Shown here: one piece after another, positions 25,110 through 37,190 of the stretch
Layout of the letters: every line of letters begins with the position of its first letter
Numbering within the stretch: the stretch's first letter is position 1
DNA from: Monodelphis domestica
Taxonomy: Eukaryota
Assembly: GCF_027887165.1 (NCBI RefSeq)
Contig: NC_077230.1
Location: 289,206,949 to 289,270,948 of the forward strand
DNA length: 64,000 bases
Reading direction: 5' to 3'
Made by a program: the position numbers and the translations under genes
The notes under the pieces: generated by a model
Told to the model about the DNA's origin: nothing
What the model saw: only the letters and a program-made list of their open reading frames with translations
Database searches by the model: none

Positions 25110-28100
25110 TCAATTATACCACAGTGTATTAGTCTCTGTGTACAATGTTCTCCTGGTTCTGCTCCTCTCACTCTGCATCACTTCCTGGAGGTTGTTCCAG
25201 TCTCCATGGAACTCCTCCACTTTATTATTCCTTTTAGCACAATAGTATTCCATCACCAACATATACCACAATTTGCTCAGCCATTCCCCAATTGATGGGC
25301 ATCCCCTCGTTTTCCAGTTTTTGGCCACCACAAAGAGTGCAGCTATGAATATTTTTGTACAAGTCTTTTTGTCCATTATCTCTTTGGGGTACAGACCCAG
25401 CAGTGCTATGGCTGGATCAAAGGGTAGATATTCTTTTGTCGCCCTTTGGGCATAGTTCCAAATTGCCCTCCAGAATGGTTGGATCAGTTCACAACTCCAC
25501 CAGCAATGAATTAATGTCCCTACTTTGCCACATCCCCTCCAGCATTCATTACTTTCCTTTGCTGTTATGTTAGCCAATCTGCTAGGTGTGAGGTGATACC
25601 TCAGAGTTGTTTTAATTTGCATCTCTCTGATTATAAGAGATTTAGAACACTTCTTCATGTGCTTATTAATAGTTTTGATTTCTTTATCTGAGAACTGCCT
25701 ATCCATGACCCTTGCCCATTTATCAATTGGAGAATGGCTTGATTTTTTGTACAATTGATTTAGCTCTTTATAAATATGAGTAATTAAACCTTTGTCAGAG
25801 GTTTCTATGAAGATTTTTTCCCAATTTGTTGTTTCCCTTCTGATTTTAGTTACATTGGTTTTGTTTGTACAAAAGCTTTTTAGTTTGATGTAGTCAAAAT
25901 TATTTATTTTACATTTTGTGATTCTTTCTATGTCTTGCTTGGTTTTAAAGCCTTTCCCCTCCCAAAGGTCTGATATGTATACTATTCTGTGTTTACCCAA
26001 TTTACTTATGGTTTCCTTCTTTATGTTTAAGTCACTCACCCATTTTGAATTTATCTTGGTGTAGGGTGTGAGGTGTTGATCTATTCCTACTCTCTCCCAC
26101 ACTGTCTTCCAATTTTCCCAGCAGTTTTTATCGAATAGTGTATTTTTGTCCCAAAAGCTGGGATCTTTGGGTTTATCGTATACTGTCTTGCTGAGGTCTC
26201 TTTCCCCCAGTCTATTCCACTGATCTTCCTTTCTGTTTCTTAGCCAGTACCAAATTGTTTTGATGACTGCTGCTTTGTAATATAGTTTAATGTCAGGGAC
26301 TGCAAGGCCCCCATCATATGTGTTTTTTTTCATTATTTCCCTGGATATCCTTGATCTTTTGTTCTTCCAAATGAACTTTGTTATGGTTTTTTCTAAATCA
26401 GTGAAGAAGTATTTTGGGAGTTCAATGGGTATGGCACTAAATAGATAAATAAGTTTGGGTAGGATGGTCATTTTTATTATATTGGCTCGTCCTATCCATG
26501 AGCAGTTAATGTTTTTCCAATTGCTCAAGTCTAGTTTTATTTGTGTGGAGAGTGTTTTGTAGTTGTGTTCATATAGTTCCTGTGTTTGTCTCGGGAGGTA
26601 GATTCCTAGGTATTTTATTTTGTCTAAGGTGATTTTGAATGGGATTTCTCTTTCTAGTTCTTGCTGCTGAGCTGTGTTGGGGTTATATAGAAAAGCTGAT
26701 GACTTATGTGGGTTTATTTTGTATCCTGCAACTTTGCTAAAGTTGTTGATTATTTCAATTAGCTTTTTGGTTGAATCTCTAGGATTCTTTAAGTAGACCA
26801 TCATGTCATCTGCAAAGAGTGATAACTTGGTCTCCTCCTTGCCTATTTTGATGCCTTCAATTTCTTTTTCTTCTCTAATTGCTACTGCTAGTGTTTCTAG
26901 TACAATGTCAAATAGTAGAGGTGATAATGGGCATCCTTGTTTCACTCCTGATCTTATTGGGAATGCATCTAGTTTATCCCCATTGCAGATGATATTAGCT
27001 GATGGTTTTAGATATATACTGTTTATTATTTTTAGGAATGACCCTTCTATTCCTATGCTTTCTAGTGTTTTTAATAGGAATGGGTGTATTATTTTATCAA
27101 ATGCTTTTTCTGCGTCTATTGAGATAATCATGTGGTTCTTGCTGGTTTGCTTGTTGATGTGGTCAATTATGTGGATGGTTTTCCTAATGTTGAACCAGCC
27201 CTGCATCTCTGGTATAAATCCTACTTGATCATGGTGAATGATCCTTCTGATCACTTGCTGGAGTCTTTTTGCTAGTACCCTATTTAAGATTTTTGCATCT
27301 ATATTCATTAGGGAGATTGGTCTATAGTTTTCTTTCTCTGTTTTTGACCTGCCTGGTTTTGGAATCAGTACCATGTTTGTGTCGTAAAAGGAGTTTGGTA
27401 GAACTCCCTCTTTGCTTATTATGTCAAATAGTTTGTATAGTATTGGGATTAACTGTTCTCTGAATGTTTGATAGAATTCACTGGTGAATCCATCAGGCCC
27501 TGGGGATTTTTTCTTAGGAAGTTCTTTGATGGCTTGTTGGATTTCATTTTCTGATATGGGATTATTTAAGAATTCTATTTCCTCTTCTGTTAGTCTAGGC
27601 AGTTTGTATTTTTGTATATATTCATCCATATCTCCTAAATTGGTGTATTTATTGCCATATAATTGGGCAAAGTAATTTCTAATGATTGCCTTAATTTCCT
27701 CTTCATCGGAGGTGCTGTCCCCCTTTTCATCTTTAATGCTGTTAATTTGCTTTTCTTCCTTCCTTTTTTTAATTAGATTGACCAATACTTTGTCTATTTT
27801 GTTTGTTTTTTCAAAGTACCAGCTTCTTGTCTTATTTATTAAATCAATAGTTCTATCACTTTCGATTTTATTAATTTCTCCCTTAATTTTTAGGATTTCT
27901 AGTTTGGTTTTCTGCTGGGGGTTTTTAATTTGATCGCTTTTGAGTTTTTTCATTTGCATTTCCAATTGATTGATCTCTGCTCTCCCTAGTTTGTTAATAT
28001 AAGCATTCAGGGATATGAATTTACCTCTGATTACTGCTTTGGCTGCATCCCAAAAGGTTTGAAAGGATGTCTCGCCATTGTCATTTTCCTCGATGAAATT

Positions 28101-28910
28101 ATTAATTGTTTCTATGATTTCTTCTTTAACTAAACGGTTTTGGAGTATCATATTGTTTAATTTCCAATTGGTTTTAGATTTGGTTTTCCATGTACCATTA
28201 CTAATCATTATTTTTATTGCCTTGTGATCTGAGAAGGCTGCATTCATTATTTCTGCTTTTCTGCATTTGTGTGCTATGTTTCTGTGACCTAATGTATGGT
28301 CAATTTTTGTGAATGTGCCATGTGGTGCTGAGAAGAAGGTGTATTCCTTTTTTTCCCTATTTATTTTTCTCCATATGTCTATTAATTCTAATTTTTCTAA
28401 GATTTCATTCACTTCTTTTACCTCTTTCTTATTTATTTTTTGATTTGATTTATCTAAATTTGATAATGGTTGGTTTAAGTCTCCCACTAATATGGTTTTA
28501 CTGTCTATTTCTTCCTTCAATTCTCCTAGTTTCTCCATTAGAAATTTGGGTGCTATATTATTTGGTGCATACATGTTGATTAATGATATTTCCTCATTGT
28601 CTAAAGTCCCTTTTAACAAAATATAATTACCTTCCCTATCCCTTTTGATCAAGTCTATTTTTGCTTTGGCTTTATCAGATATCATGATTACCACTCCTGC
28701 CTTCTTTCTGTCAGTTGAGGCCCAGAAGGTCTTACTCCATCCTTTAATTCTGACCTTGTGGGTGTCAACCTGCCTCATGTGTGTTTCTTGAAGACAACAT
28801 ATGGTAGGGTTTTGGATTCTAATCCATTCTCCTATTCGTCTACATTTTATGGGTGAGTTCATCCCATTCACGTTCAAAGTTATGATTGTCAGTTGTGGAC
28901 TCCCTGGCAT
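25110..28910 (-). CDS. L1 ORF2 protein (endonuclease, reverse transcriptase and Cys-rich domain), 1266 aa, apparently intact
   Basis: Endonuclease N-terminus '[23 protein letters not shown]'; reverse transcriptase motifs '[10 protein letters not shown]' and '[10 protein letters not shown]'; C-terminal '[25 protein letters not shown]'. No internal stops. Confidence 0.9.
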   Translation of the reverse strand: MPGSPQLTIITLNVNGMNSPIKCRRIGEWIRIQNPTICCLQETHMRQVDTHKVRIKGWSKTFWASTDRKKAGVVIMISDKAKAKIDLIKRDREGNYILLKGTLDNEEISLINMYAPNNIAPKFLMEKLGELKEEIDSKTILVGDLNQPLSNLDKSNQKINKKEVKEVNEILEKLELIDIWRKINREKKEYTFFSAPHGTFTKIDHTLGHRNIAHKCRKAEIMNAAFSDHKAIKIMISNGTWKTKSKTNWKLNNMILQNRLVKEEIIETINNFIEENDNGETSFQTFWDAAKAVIRGKFISLNAYINKLGRAEINQLEMQMKKLKSDQIKNPQQKTKLEILKIKGEINKIESDRTIDLINKTRSWYFEKTNKIDKVLVNLIKKRKEEKQINSIKDEKGDSTSDEEEIKAIIRNYFAQLYGNKYTNLGDMDEYIQKYKLPRLTEEEIEFLNNPISENEIQQAIKELPKKKSPGPDGFTSEFYQTFREQLIPILYKLFDIISKEGVLPNSFYDTNMVLIPKPGRSKTEKENYRPISLMNIDAKILNRVLAKRLQQVIRRIIHHDQVGFIPEMQGWFNIRKTIHIIDHINKQTSKNHMIISIDAEKAFDKIIHPFLLKTLESIGIEGSFLKIINSIYLKPSANIICNGDKLDAFPIRSGVKQGCPLSPLLFDIVLETLAVAIREEKEIEGIKIGKEETKLSLFADDMMVYLKNPRDSTKKLIEIINNFSKVAGYKINPHKSSAFLYNPNTAQQQELEREIPFKITLDKIKYLGIYLPRQTQELYEHNYKTLSTQIKLDLSNWKNINCSWIGRANIIKMTILPKLIYLFSAIPIELPKYFFTDLEKTITKFIWKNKRSRISREIMKKNTYDGGLAVPDIKLYYKAAVIKTIWYWLRNRKEDQWNRLGERDLSKTVYDKPKDPSFWDKNTLFDKNCWENWKTVWERVGIDQHLTPYTKINSKWVSDLNIKKETISKLGKHRIVYISDLWEGKGFKTKQDIERITKCKINNFDYIKLKSFCTNKTNVTKIRRETTNWEKIFIETSDKGLITHIYKELNQLYKKSSHSPIDKWARVMDRQFSDKEIKTINKHMKKCSKSLIIREMQIKTTLRYHLTPSRLANITAKESNECWRGCGKVGTLIHCWWSCELIQPFWRAIWNYAQRATKEYLPFDPAIALLGLYPKEIMDKKTCTKIFIAALFVVAKNWKTRGCPSIGEWLSKLWYMLVMEYYCAKRNNKVEEFHGDWNNLQEVMQSERSRTRRTLYTETNTLWYN

Positions 28911-29313
28911 TTTGATAGCCTTCCCTAATTCTAACCTTTTCTTCTTCGGCTCTACCTTTTAGTCCAGTGATTTACTTTGAATCAGTCCCCCTTGTCCCCT
29001 CCCTTGATGTTTCCCTTTTTAGTCCCTCCCTTTTTGTTCCCTCCCCCTCCCCCTTCTCTTTCCCTCCCTTTTTGTTTTCCCTCTCCCCCTCCCCCCCTTG
29101 GTTTCCCCTTCTCCCTACCCTTGTTGGGTAAGATAGAATTCAAGATCCCAATGGATCTGGATGTTTTTACCTCTCAGAGTTGATTTCCCTGAGATTGAGG
29201 TTTAAGTAAAAAACCCTCTCTTCCTCTCCTTCTTATAGGAGTTTTCTTCCCCTCCCCTTCCCATGTGAATCTTTGTGTGAGAAAGATTATTCTATTTGGT
29301 CTTTCTTTACCCC

Positions 29314-30408
29314 CTATATATACATTACATTTTCCCCACATGTTAGTATACATAGATTGATATAAATGTTGTCCTTATAGAAGAGAGTTTGAGTAAAAGA
29401 AGAAGATAACATTTTTCCCCTTTCCTTAATATTTACCTTTTCAGGTATTCCTTGCTCTTTGTTTTTCGGTATCAAACTTTCCACAGAGCTCTGGTCTTTT
29501 CTTTGCAAAAAGTTGGAAGTCTCTTCTATTTTGTTGAATGCCCATACTTTCCCTTGGAAGTATATAGTCAGTTTTGCTGGGTTTCTGATTCTTGGTTGAA
29601 GACCCAGCTCTCTTGCCTTTCTGAAGATCATGTTCCATGCCTTACGATCATTCAGAGTACAACTTGCAAGGTCTTGTGTGACCCTGATTGGCATTCCTTT
29701 ATATCTAAATTGTCTTTTTCTGGCTTCCTGTAGGATTTTTTCTTTTGTTTGATAGCTTTGGAATTTGGCAATTACATTCCTGGGAGTTGTCTTTTGGGGG
29801 TTTAGTGTAGAAGGTGTTCTGTGAGCTCTGTCAGTGGCTGTATTGCCCCCTTGTTCTAGAATCTCTGGGCAATTTTCTTTGATTATATCTTGTATCACCA
29901 TGTCGAGTTTGGTGTTTATTTCTGGCTTTTCTGGAAGTCCAATTATTCTTAAATTATCTCTTCTCCCTCTATTTTCCAGATCTGTCACCTTGTCAGTGAG
30001 ATATTTTATGTTCTCTTCTAATTTCTTGGTATTTTGGCTTTGCTTTATTAATTCTTGCTCTTTTACACGATCGTTGTCTTCCAGCTGCCTGATTCTGGCC
30101 TTTAAAGCCTGGTTTTCCTTTTCAGTTTCATCACACTGGTTTTGTAGATGCGTGAATTTCTTTTGCATTATTTCCCACTTTTCCTCCCAGAAGGCTTCCA
30201 TCTTTTTGGTCATTTCTGATTCAAATTCTTCATGGGTTTGTGGAGAGTTTCCATTTCCTTTGGAAGGTTTTGGAGCATTTTCTTGTATATCATCTTCTAT
30301 CTCCTCTGTATTTTGTATTTTGGCTCCATAGAATGTGTCCAAAGTCGCCCCTTTCTTCTTATTTTTCTTGGTATTTTGCGGCTTCTGTGCTTCTGTGGAG
30401 TTTGCCAT
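29314..30408 (-). CDS. L1 ORF1 protein. The likely start is MANSTEAQK at 30408. A 2-bp indel near the C-terminus shifts the frame, and the canonical ending continues in another frame to about 29441
   Basis: Coiled-coil and RRM-like segments are present: 'RRDNLRIIGLPE', 'ENCPEILEQ' and 'RVTQDLAS...KAWN.IFRKARELGLQPRI..PAKL'. After 'KVWAFNKIEE' the frame reads 'TSNFLQRKDQ...', whereas the alternate frame at 29441-29638 gives the canonical 'FQLFAKKRPELCGKFDTEKQRARNT*'. Confidence 0.7.
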   Translation of the reverse strand: MANSTEAQKPQNTKKNKKKGATLDTFYGAKIQNTEEIEDDIQENAPKPSKGNGNSPQTHEEFESEMTKKMEAFWEEKWEIMQKKFTHLQNQCDETEKENQALKARIRQLEDNDRVKEQELIKQSQNTKKLEENIKYLTDKVTDLENRGRRDNLRIIGLPEKPEINTKLDMVIQDIIKENCPEILEQGGNTATDRAHRTPSTLNPQKTTPRNVIAKFQSYQTKEKILQEARKRQFRYKGMPIRVTQDLASCTLNDRKAWNMIFRKARELGLQPRIRNPAKLTIYFQGKVWAFNKIEETSNFLQRKDQSSVESLIPKNKEQGIPEKVNIKERGKMLSSSFTQTLFYKDNIYINLCILTCGENVMYI

Positions 30409-30665
30409 CTCTGAATGTGGAGGATTAGCTTTTCTTATCTCTGTCTGATGTTCAGAGGCTTTAGTCCTGGGCAGATTGTCGGTTCTATGAGCTTTCCCTG
30501 GGTTAAATTGAGTATGCCTTCCGGCAATGACTTTCACTGGAACTGGAATGGAAGGGTCGGACCAGGGGGGCCACATTCTCCCGCGGCTCTATCTGCTTCC
30601 CTGCAGGGGTCGGGTTGCTTTCTGGAAGTTGCCTTCAGAATAGCTGGCCGTGAGGCTGTTTTGTT

Positions 30666-30850
30666 GGCCCTGAGGGTTGCTGTTGTTTCAGAGGACCCTG
30701 CTCTCTGCGGGGGGATGGGCCATGGCTTCCGGGAGCTCCAAGGGCAGTGTGGGACTCGGATAGAAGGCCCTGAGGGTTGCTGTTGTTTCAGACGACCCTG
30801 CTCTCTGAGCGGGGCGGGGCCGCAGCTTCCCGGAGCCTTGGACTCTGTGC
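30666..30850 (-). promoter_or_regulatory. L1 5'UTR tandem monomers (about 100 bp, roughly 1.85 copies), GC- and CpG-rich, a putative internal promoter
   Basis: The direct repeat 'ggccctgagggttgctgttgtttcaga(g/c)gaccctgctctctg...' occurs at 30666 and again at 30766. Confidence 0.6.
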
Positions 30851-31379
30851 TCCTACCCCTTAGGTCTGAGTGATCTCGGGTTCTGGCTTTTGAGGGGGGC
30901 CGTACCTTTTGATCCAGGTCCAGGTCCAGGAGGAGGATTCCCAGGGTCTATGCTGTTGATCATTTTGAATTTCGGCACCTTAGGAGCTTATAGTTTGAGA
31001 TCGGTCGGTAAGGGTTTTCCGGAGATCTGAACTTTAGCTTTCTCTAAGCCGCCATCTTGACCGGAAGTCCAAAAGGGGAAATTTTATGTGTATATATATA
31101 TGTGTATATATATACATATTTAAATTACAGTAAAAGAGACATGATTAATTTCTGACATACATGACACAGACAGTAAATTCAATGGAATCCCAGCCTTCAG
31201 AGAGAAGAGGTGTGATGAAATAAGATCTCCCATTTGACTATATAACCAACTGCATTTTATTTCATTCTGTGCTTGTCTCCTGCCTGACCTCTAGGCTCCT
31301 CTGTAAAGAGGAATGTTGCCTTCCACTCAATGCTAAACATTCTTTTTTCTTTTAGACCTACACATGTCAGTAATTCTGA

Positions 31380-32060
31380 ACCCCTGGAGGTCATTATCCA
31401 AATTCTATCCCCTCATCTCCCACCTCCCAAGTCTTTATTCCCAAGACCTCAACTCTTCTACCCCAGAATCCCAATCAAATACCATCCATCCCTTCTACTG
31501 TACCCTTGGAATGTCTGTTCAATAGGCAACCAATTTCCCTTCATCCTAAATCTTTTCCTTTCCTATCTCTTTTATCAACCAATAGTCACTGAAACTTGGC
31601 TCTCTCCTCATGACACAGCCTCCCTGGCCACCTTTTCCATTACTGACTCACTTCCTTTTCTTCCTCTCAAGTCACTGGTCAATGTGGATGAATTGGAATA
31701 CTCCTTGCTCCGTTACCATCTCCAGGTTCTCCCCCCATCTCTATCACTTAGTTTCCTTCTTTAAGGTTCATGCTATGCATATCTACCATACTTATCAAAA
31801 TCCAGGTAGATGTTGGCTGTGAATATTTAGGCCATTCTCCTTCCTTCCTACCAGAGTTTGGTGTCTGGCTCACAGTTTTTCTCCCCTCTTTAACTCTTGC
31901 CCTCCTAATAGGTGACTTCAACATATGTATTGGCTCTACCTCAAACTACCTTAACAACTCATTCAATCAATTCACTTCTTATTCCTATTCCTCTACCCCA
32001 TTTCTGCTGCACACATATATGGACATACATTTGATCTTACCATTGTACTAGAGAGGGATC
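31380..32060 (+). mobile_element. CR1/L2-like LINE fragment (apurinic endonuclease domain remnant)
   Basis: ORFs at 31330-31764 and 31770-32051 contain 'PIVTETWLSPHD' and 'LLIGDFNI...HTYMDIHLIL' at the spacing of the CR1/L2 endonuclease motifs (ITETWL ... GDFNxH ... ). Confidence 0.5.
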
Positions 32061-35000
32061 AGGAACCAAAGCTTGACAGGCCTCTGAGAGGGAGGGAACA
32101 GATAAATAGGAGCACTACTTCCTCTCTCAGGCAAAACTGCCTCAGAGAAAGTGAAATCGGATCTATGTCCAGAGCTGAAGGGTAAGAGGAAATCCCCTTC
32201 AATCTCTAGTTTCTGTTTTCTTTTCTGGATGAATATTATCTTGAACCCCTTAGTACACTTTGAAGAATGAGATGTTTAGTTCTTCTATAACTTATAAGAT
32301 CTATTTATCAGTTGGAGATTCAGGATTGGTAGATAAGGGAACAGGGAAGATAGGAAATCCCTATTCTATTTTCAACCTAAATTCCCTTTAGGGGTTGAGA
32401 GCTCAGGTCTGGGGACCTGGGTCCCTGAAGACCACTATGGAGTCAGACTGATGTAATTTCCTGATATAGAGATATAGTTTTTTAAAGATATGGATTGAAA
32501 ATCTTCTGGATGGATAGTCTCTTGCCTTCCCCAAATGGAAAAAGTCTCTATCCACCTCTTTTGATGAAAGATGGCTATCTGGGTCTCTTCAGATCAATTG
32601 AGGGATTATAGCAGGCTAAGCTCTGCAAAGTTGCTCTTTTCCCTCTCAGTTCAGAAGGGACAAGAACTCCTTTGCAACTGTTTCCCTACTTTTCTTGGCT
32701 GGAGATTCCAGTCCCATCCCCATCATCAGCCAAAGTTGCATTTCCTTCCTGCATGAGGTTTCCTTGCAAAATCAAGTCTTTGCAGTGTATTCTGTATCTC
32801 TCATCCACACCATCACCCACAAATTCACCACTTTTGTGTTTAAAAATTCTGAAATCCGCTAGAGACTGTACCAAGAGATCTGACAAAGCTCCAAGAGGGG
32901 AGACTGACAGCCCCAAAACCAAAACAAAATGAGAGGAGCAAGAGCACAGCCAAATACGGGGAGCAAAGAAGGGGTAAACTCAAGCAAACAACAGAAAAAG
33001 AAGAAAGAGACAGCTTCTGCACAGGTAAGGAGCAAAGAGCGAATGAAACAGAGGGGGAGGACCCAGCAGAGAAAAAATCAGAAATCCCAGCGAATTGGAT
33101 ACAGGCTTTGGAAGAACTCAAAATGCAATTCAAAACACAATTAAGAGAGGCTGAAGACAATTGGGAAAAGAACTTAAAAACTGAGATAAGTCATCTGGAA
33201 ACAGAAAATAGTGTCTTGAAAGCAAAAATCAACCAGCTGGAAAATGAGGCAAAGGAGATGAAAGATGAGGCAAAGCAGATGAAAGATGAGGTGAAGAAGA
33301 TGAAAGATAACCTCCAAAGAAAACCGACCAAAAGGAAAAGGACGACCAAAAAACTAAGGATGAAATCCAGTCTTTAAGAACCAGAATACAACAACTTGAA
33401 TCGAGCGACCTCACAAGGCAGCAAGACACTATAAAAGAAAACCAAAAGAATGAAAAAATTGAGGAAAATATGAAGCATCTCATTCACAAAACAGAGGATT
33501 TAGAAAATCATTCAAGGAGAGACAATTTAAGAATTATTGGCCTACCAGAAGACCATGACAAAAGAAAAAGCCTGGACATTATATTACAGGAAATTATTAA
33601 AGAAAACTGCCCCGAAATCCTTGAACAAGAGGGAAAAGTAGAGATTGATAGAATCCACAGATCACCTCCTGTACTTAATCCCCAACTGACAACACCCAGC
33701 AATGTTATAGCCAAATTCAAGAACTATAAGACCAAAGAAAAGATATTACAAGCTGCCAAGAAGAAGTCATTCAGATACCAAGGAACCACAGTGAGGATAA
33801 CTCAGGATCTGGCTGCATCCACACTGAAAAAAAGAAAGGCATGGAAGACGATATTCCGGAAAGCAAGGAAACTAGGTCTACAACCAAGAATCAACTACCC
33901 AGCAAAACTGACTATATTCTTACAGGGGAAAGTATGGTCATTCAACAAAATAGAAGAATTCCAAGAATTCGTAAAGAAAAGACCAGACCTGAACAGAAAA
34001 TTTGATGTCCAAGCACAGAACTCAAGAGAATCATCAAAAGGTAATTAAAAAAGAAGGGAAAAAAGAAAAACAAAAAAAATTTTTTAAGAGACTCAATAAG
34101 TTAAAATGATATGTATCCCTATAAGAAAAGAGGTCATTGGTAACTCTTAAAAACTGTTGTTATTAGCTGGGCAGCAAAAAGAAGTATACTTAGAGGGAAC
34201 AGCAACAAACTGTATAGGATGAAAGGACAAGACATAAATAGGTATATAGATATATGCATGCAAAAATACATACGCATGAGTATGCATATATATATATAAC
34301 TAGAGCTTAAAAATAGGTTAATATTAAAAGAAATGGGAAAAGAAACAAATGGAGGTAAATTTATATGTCATAAAGAAGCTCATGGTGGGAGGGGGGAGAA
34401 CATCAATACACTGAAAGGGTAAAGAGGTCAGAGATAGGAAATACTCAACTTTTACGTGCTTTGAAAGTGACTCAAAGAGGGAAAAACAATCCAATCCATT
34501 GGGGGCAGAGAATAGATTTGCACCCTATAGGGGAGTAGAAGGGTAACAAATGGTCTGGTGGGGAGGGAAGCAGTACAAGAGAGGGAGGGAGCGGGGGGTT
34601 AATTTTAGAAAGACTACAGGGAAAATAAGGGGGGGGATAAATAGGGAGGGGGGTAGAAAGGGAAGTAAAAAAAGAGTGGGAACAAGGGGGAATGTTCAAA
34701 AGCAAACATTGGTGTAGAAGGAAATAGTGAAAGAAGAAAAGGCAGGTAAAGGAGCAGAAATAAAAATGCTGGGAAATACACAGCTAGTAATCATAACTCT
34801 GAATGTGAATGGAATGAACTCACCCATAAAACGCAAGTGAATAGCAGAGTGGATTAGAGTCCAAAACCCTACCATATGCTGTCTACAAGGAACACATATG
34901 AGAAAGGTAGATACACATAGGGTGAAAGTAAGAGGGTGGAGCCAAATCTATTGGGCATCAACTGACAAAAAAAAGGAAAAAATGCAAAGAAAGGAGGACT

Positions 35001-37190
35001 TGCAGTCCCAGATCTCAAACTATACTATAAAGTAGTGGTTATCAAAATAATTTGGTACTGGCTAAGAGACAGAAAGGAGGATCAGTGGAATAGACTTGGA
35101 GTAAATGATCTCAGCAAGACAGTTTATGACAAACCCAAAGACCCCAGCTTTTGGGACAAAAATCTATTATTTGATAAAAACTGCTGGGAAACAAAGAGAT
35201 AATGGACAAAAAGACTTGTACAAACATATTCATAGCTGTGCTCTTTGTGGTGGCCAAAAACTGGAAAACGAGGGGATGCCCATCAATTGGGGAATGGCTG
35301 AGCAAATTGTGGTATATGTTGGTGATGGAATACTATTGTGCTAAAAGGAATAATAAAGTGGAGGAGTTCCATGGAGACTGGAACAACCTCCAGGAAGTGA
35401 TGCAGAGCGAGAGGAGCAGAACCAGGAGAACATTGTACACAGAGACTAATACACTGTGGTATAATCGAACGTAATGGACGTCTCCATTAATGATGGTGTA
35501 ATGTCCCTGAACAATTTGCAGGGATCCAGGAGAAAAAAACACTATTCATAAGCAAAGGATAAACTATGGGAGTGGAAACACTGAGGAAAAGCAACTGCCT
35601 GAATACAGCGGTTGAGGGGACATGACAGAGGAGAGACTCTAAATGAATACTCTAATGCAAATATTATCAACAAAGCAATGGGTTCAAATCAAGAAAACAT
35701 GTAATGCCCAGTGGATTCACGCGTCGGCTATGGGGGGTGGGGGGGAGGAAAAGAAAATGATCTATGTCTTTAACGAATAATGCTTGGAAATGATCAAATA
35801 AAATATATTAAAAAAAAACTGCTGGGAAAATTGGAAGACAGTGTGGGAGAGATTAGGTTTGGATCAACACCTCACATCCTACACCAAGATAAATTCAGAA
35901 TGGGTGAATGACTTGAACATAAAGAAGGAAACTATAAGTAAATTAGGTGAACACAGAATAGTATACCTGTTAGACCTTTGGGAAGGGAAAGATTTTAAAA
36001 CCAAGCAAGACTTAGAAAGAGTCACAAAATGTAAAATAAATAATTTTGACTACATCAAATTAAAAAGGTTTTGTACAAACAAAGCCAATGTAACTAGAAT
36101 CAGAAGGGTAGCAACAAATTGGGAAACAATCTTCATAAAAACCTCTGACAAAGGTTTAATTACTCAAATTTACAAAGAGCTAAATCAATTGTACAAAAAA
36201 TCAAGCCATTCTCCAATTGATAAATGGGCAAGGGACACGAACAGGCAGTTCTCAGCCAAAGAAATCAAAACTATTAATAAGCACATGAAAAAGTGCTCTA
36301 CATCTCTTATAGTCAGAGAGATGCAAATCAAAACAACTCTGAGGTATCACCTCACACCTAGCAGATTGGCTAACATAACAGCTATGGAAAGTAATGAATG
36401 CTGGAGGAGATGTGGCAAAGTAGGGACATTAATTCATTGCTGGTGGAGTTGTGAATTGATCCAACCATTCTGGAGGGCAATTTGGAACTATGACCAAAGG
36501 GCAATAAAAGACTGTCTGCCCTTTGATCCAGCCATAGCACTACTTGGTTTGTACCCCAAAGAGATAAGAAGGAAAAAGACTTGTACAAGAATATTCATAG
36601 CTGCACTCTTTGTGGTGGCCAAAAATTGGAAAATGAGGGGATGCCCTTCAATTGGGGAATAGCTGAACAAATTGTGGTATATGTTGGTGATGGAATACTA
36701 TTGTGCTAAAAGGAATAATAAAGTGGAGGAATTCCATGGAGACTGGAACAACCTCCAGGAAGTGATGCAGAGCGAGAGGAGCAGAACCAGGAGAACATTG
36801 TACACAGAGACTGATACACTGTGGTACAATCAAAGGTAATGGACTTCTCCATTAGTGGCAATGCAATGTCCCTGAACAATCTGCAGGGATCTAAAAAACA
36901 CTATCCACAAGCAGAAGATAAACTGTGGGAGTAAAAATACCTATGAAAAGCAACCGCCTGACTACAAGGTTGGAGGGGATATAACTGAGGAGAGACTCTA
37001 AGTGAACATTCTAATGCAAATACCAACAACATGGAAGTGGGTTTGAATCAAGAACACATGTGATACCCAGTGGAATTGCGCGTGGGCTATGGGAGAGGTG
37101 GTGGGAGGGAGGGGAGGGAAGAAAAGAAAATGATCTTTGTTTCCAATGAATAATGTTTGGAAATGACCAAATAAAAATTAAAAAAAAAAA
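32060..37190 (+). mobile_element. L1 element, sense to PARP4, with a degenerate ORF1, a large internal deletion in ORF2, and a nested L1 insertion
   Basis: ORF1 pieces at 32929-33144, 33108-33377 and 33470-34048 include 'RRDNLRIIGLPEDHDKRKSLDIILQEIIKENCPEILEQEG...'. The ORF2 endonuclease start '[14 protein letters not shown]' is at about 34800. At about 34985 the sequence jumps to the ORF2 region '...GGLAVPDLKLYYK'. The ORF2 C-terminal ORF at 35841-36662 is followed by a 3'UTR and poly(A) at about 37175-37190. The 5' boundary near 32060 is uncertain. Confidence 0.75.
35186..35818 (+). mobile_element. Nested 5'-truncated L1 insertion (ORF2 C-terminus 90 aa plus 3'UTR plus poly(A)) inside the host L1 ORF2, with a target-site duplication
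   Basis: The left flank '...aaaaactgctgggaaa|caaagag' and the right flank 'ttaaaaaaaaa|ctgctgggaaaattgg' share a 13-15 bp direct repeat. The host L1 ORF2 reading '...[17 protein letters not shown]' resumes exactly after the insertion. The inserted ORF at 35202-35474 is '[51 protein letters not shown]...'. Confidence 0.8.

Larger units (their letters stand above)
24757..31078 (-). mobile_element. Full-length L1 (LINE-1), about 6.3 kb, antisense within a PARP4 intron. It has 5'UTR monomers, ORF1, an inter-ORF region, an intact ORF2, a 3'UTR and poly(A)
   Basis: ORF2 at 25110-28910 is an uninterrupted 1266 codons. ORF1 is at 29314-30408. A GC-rich 5'UTR with two 100-bp tandem monomers lies at 30666-30850. 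The 3'UTR ends in a poly(A) tract that reads as poly-T at about 24757-24766 on the + strand. Confidence 0.9.
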
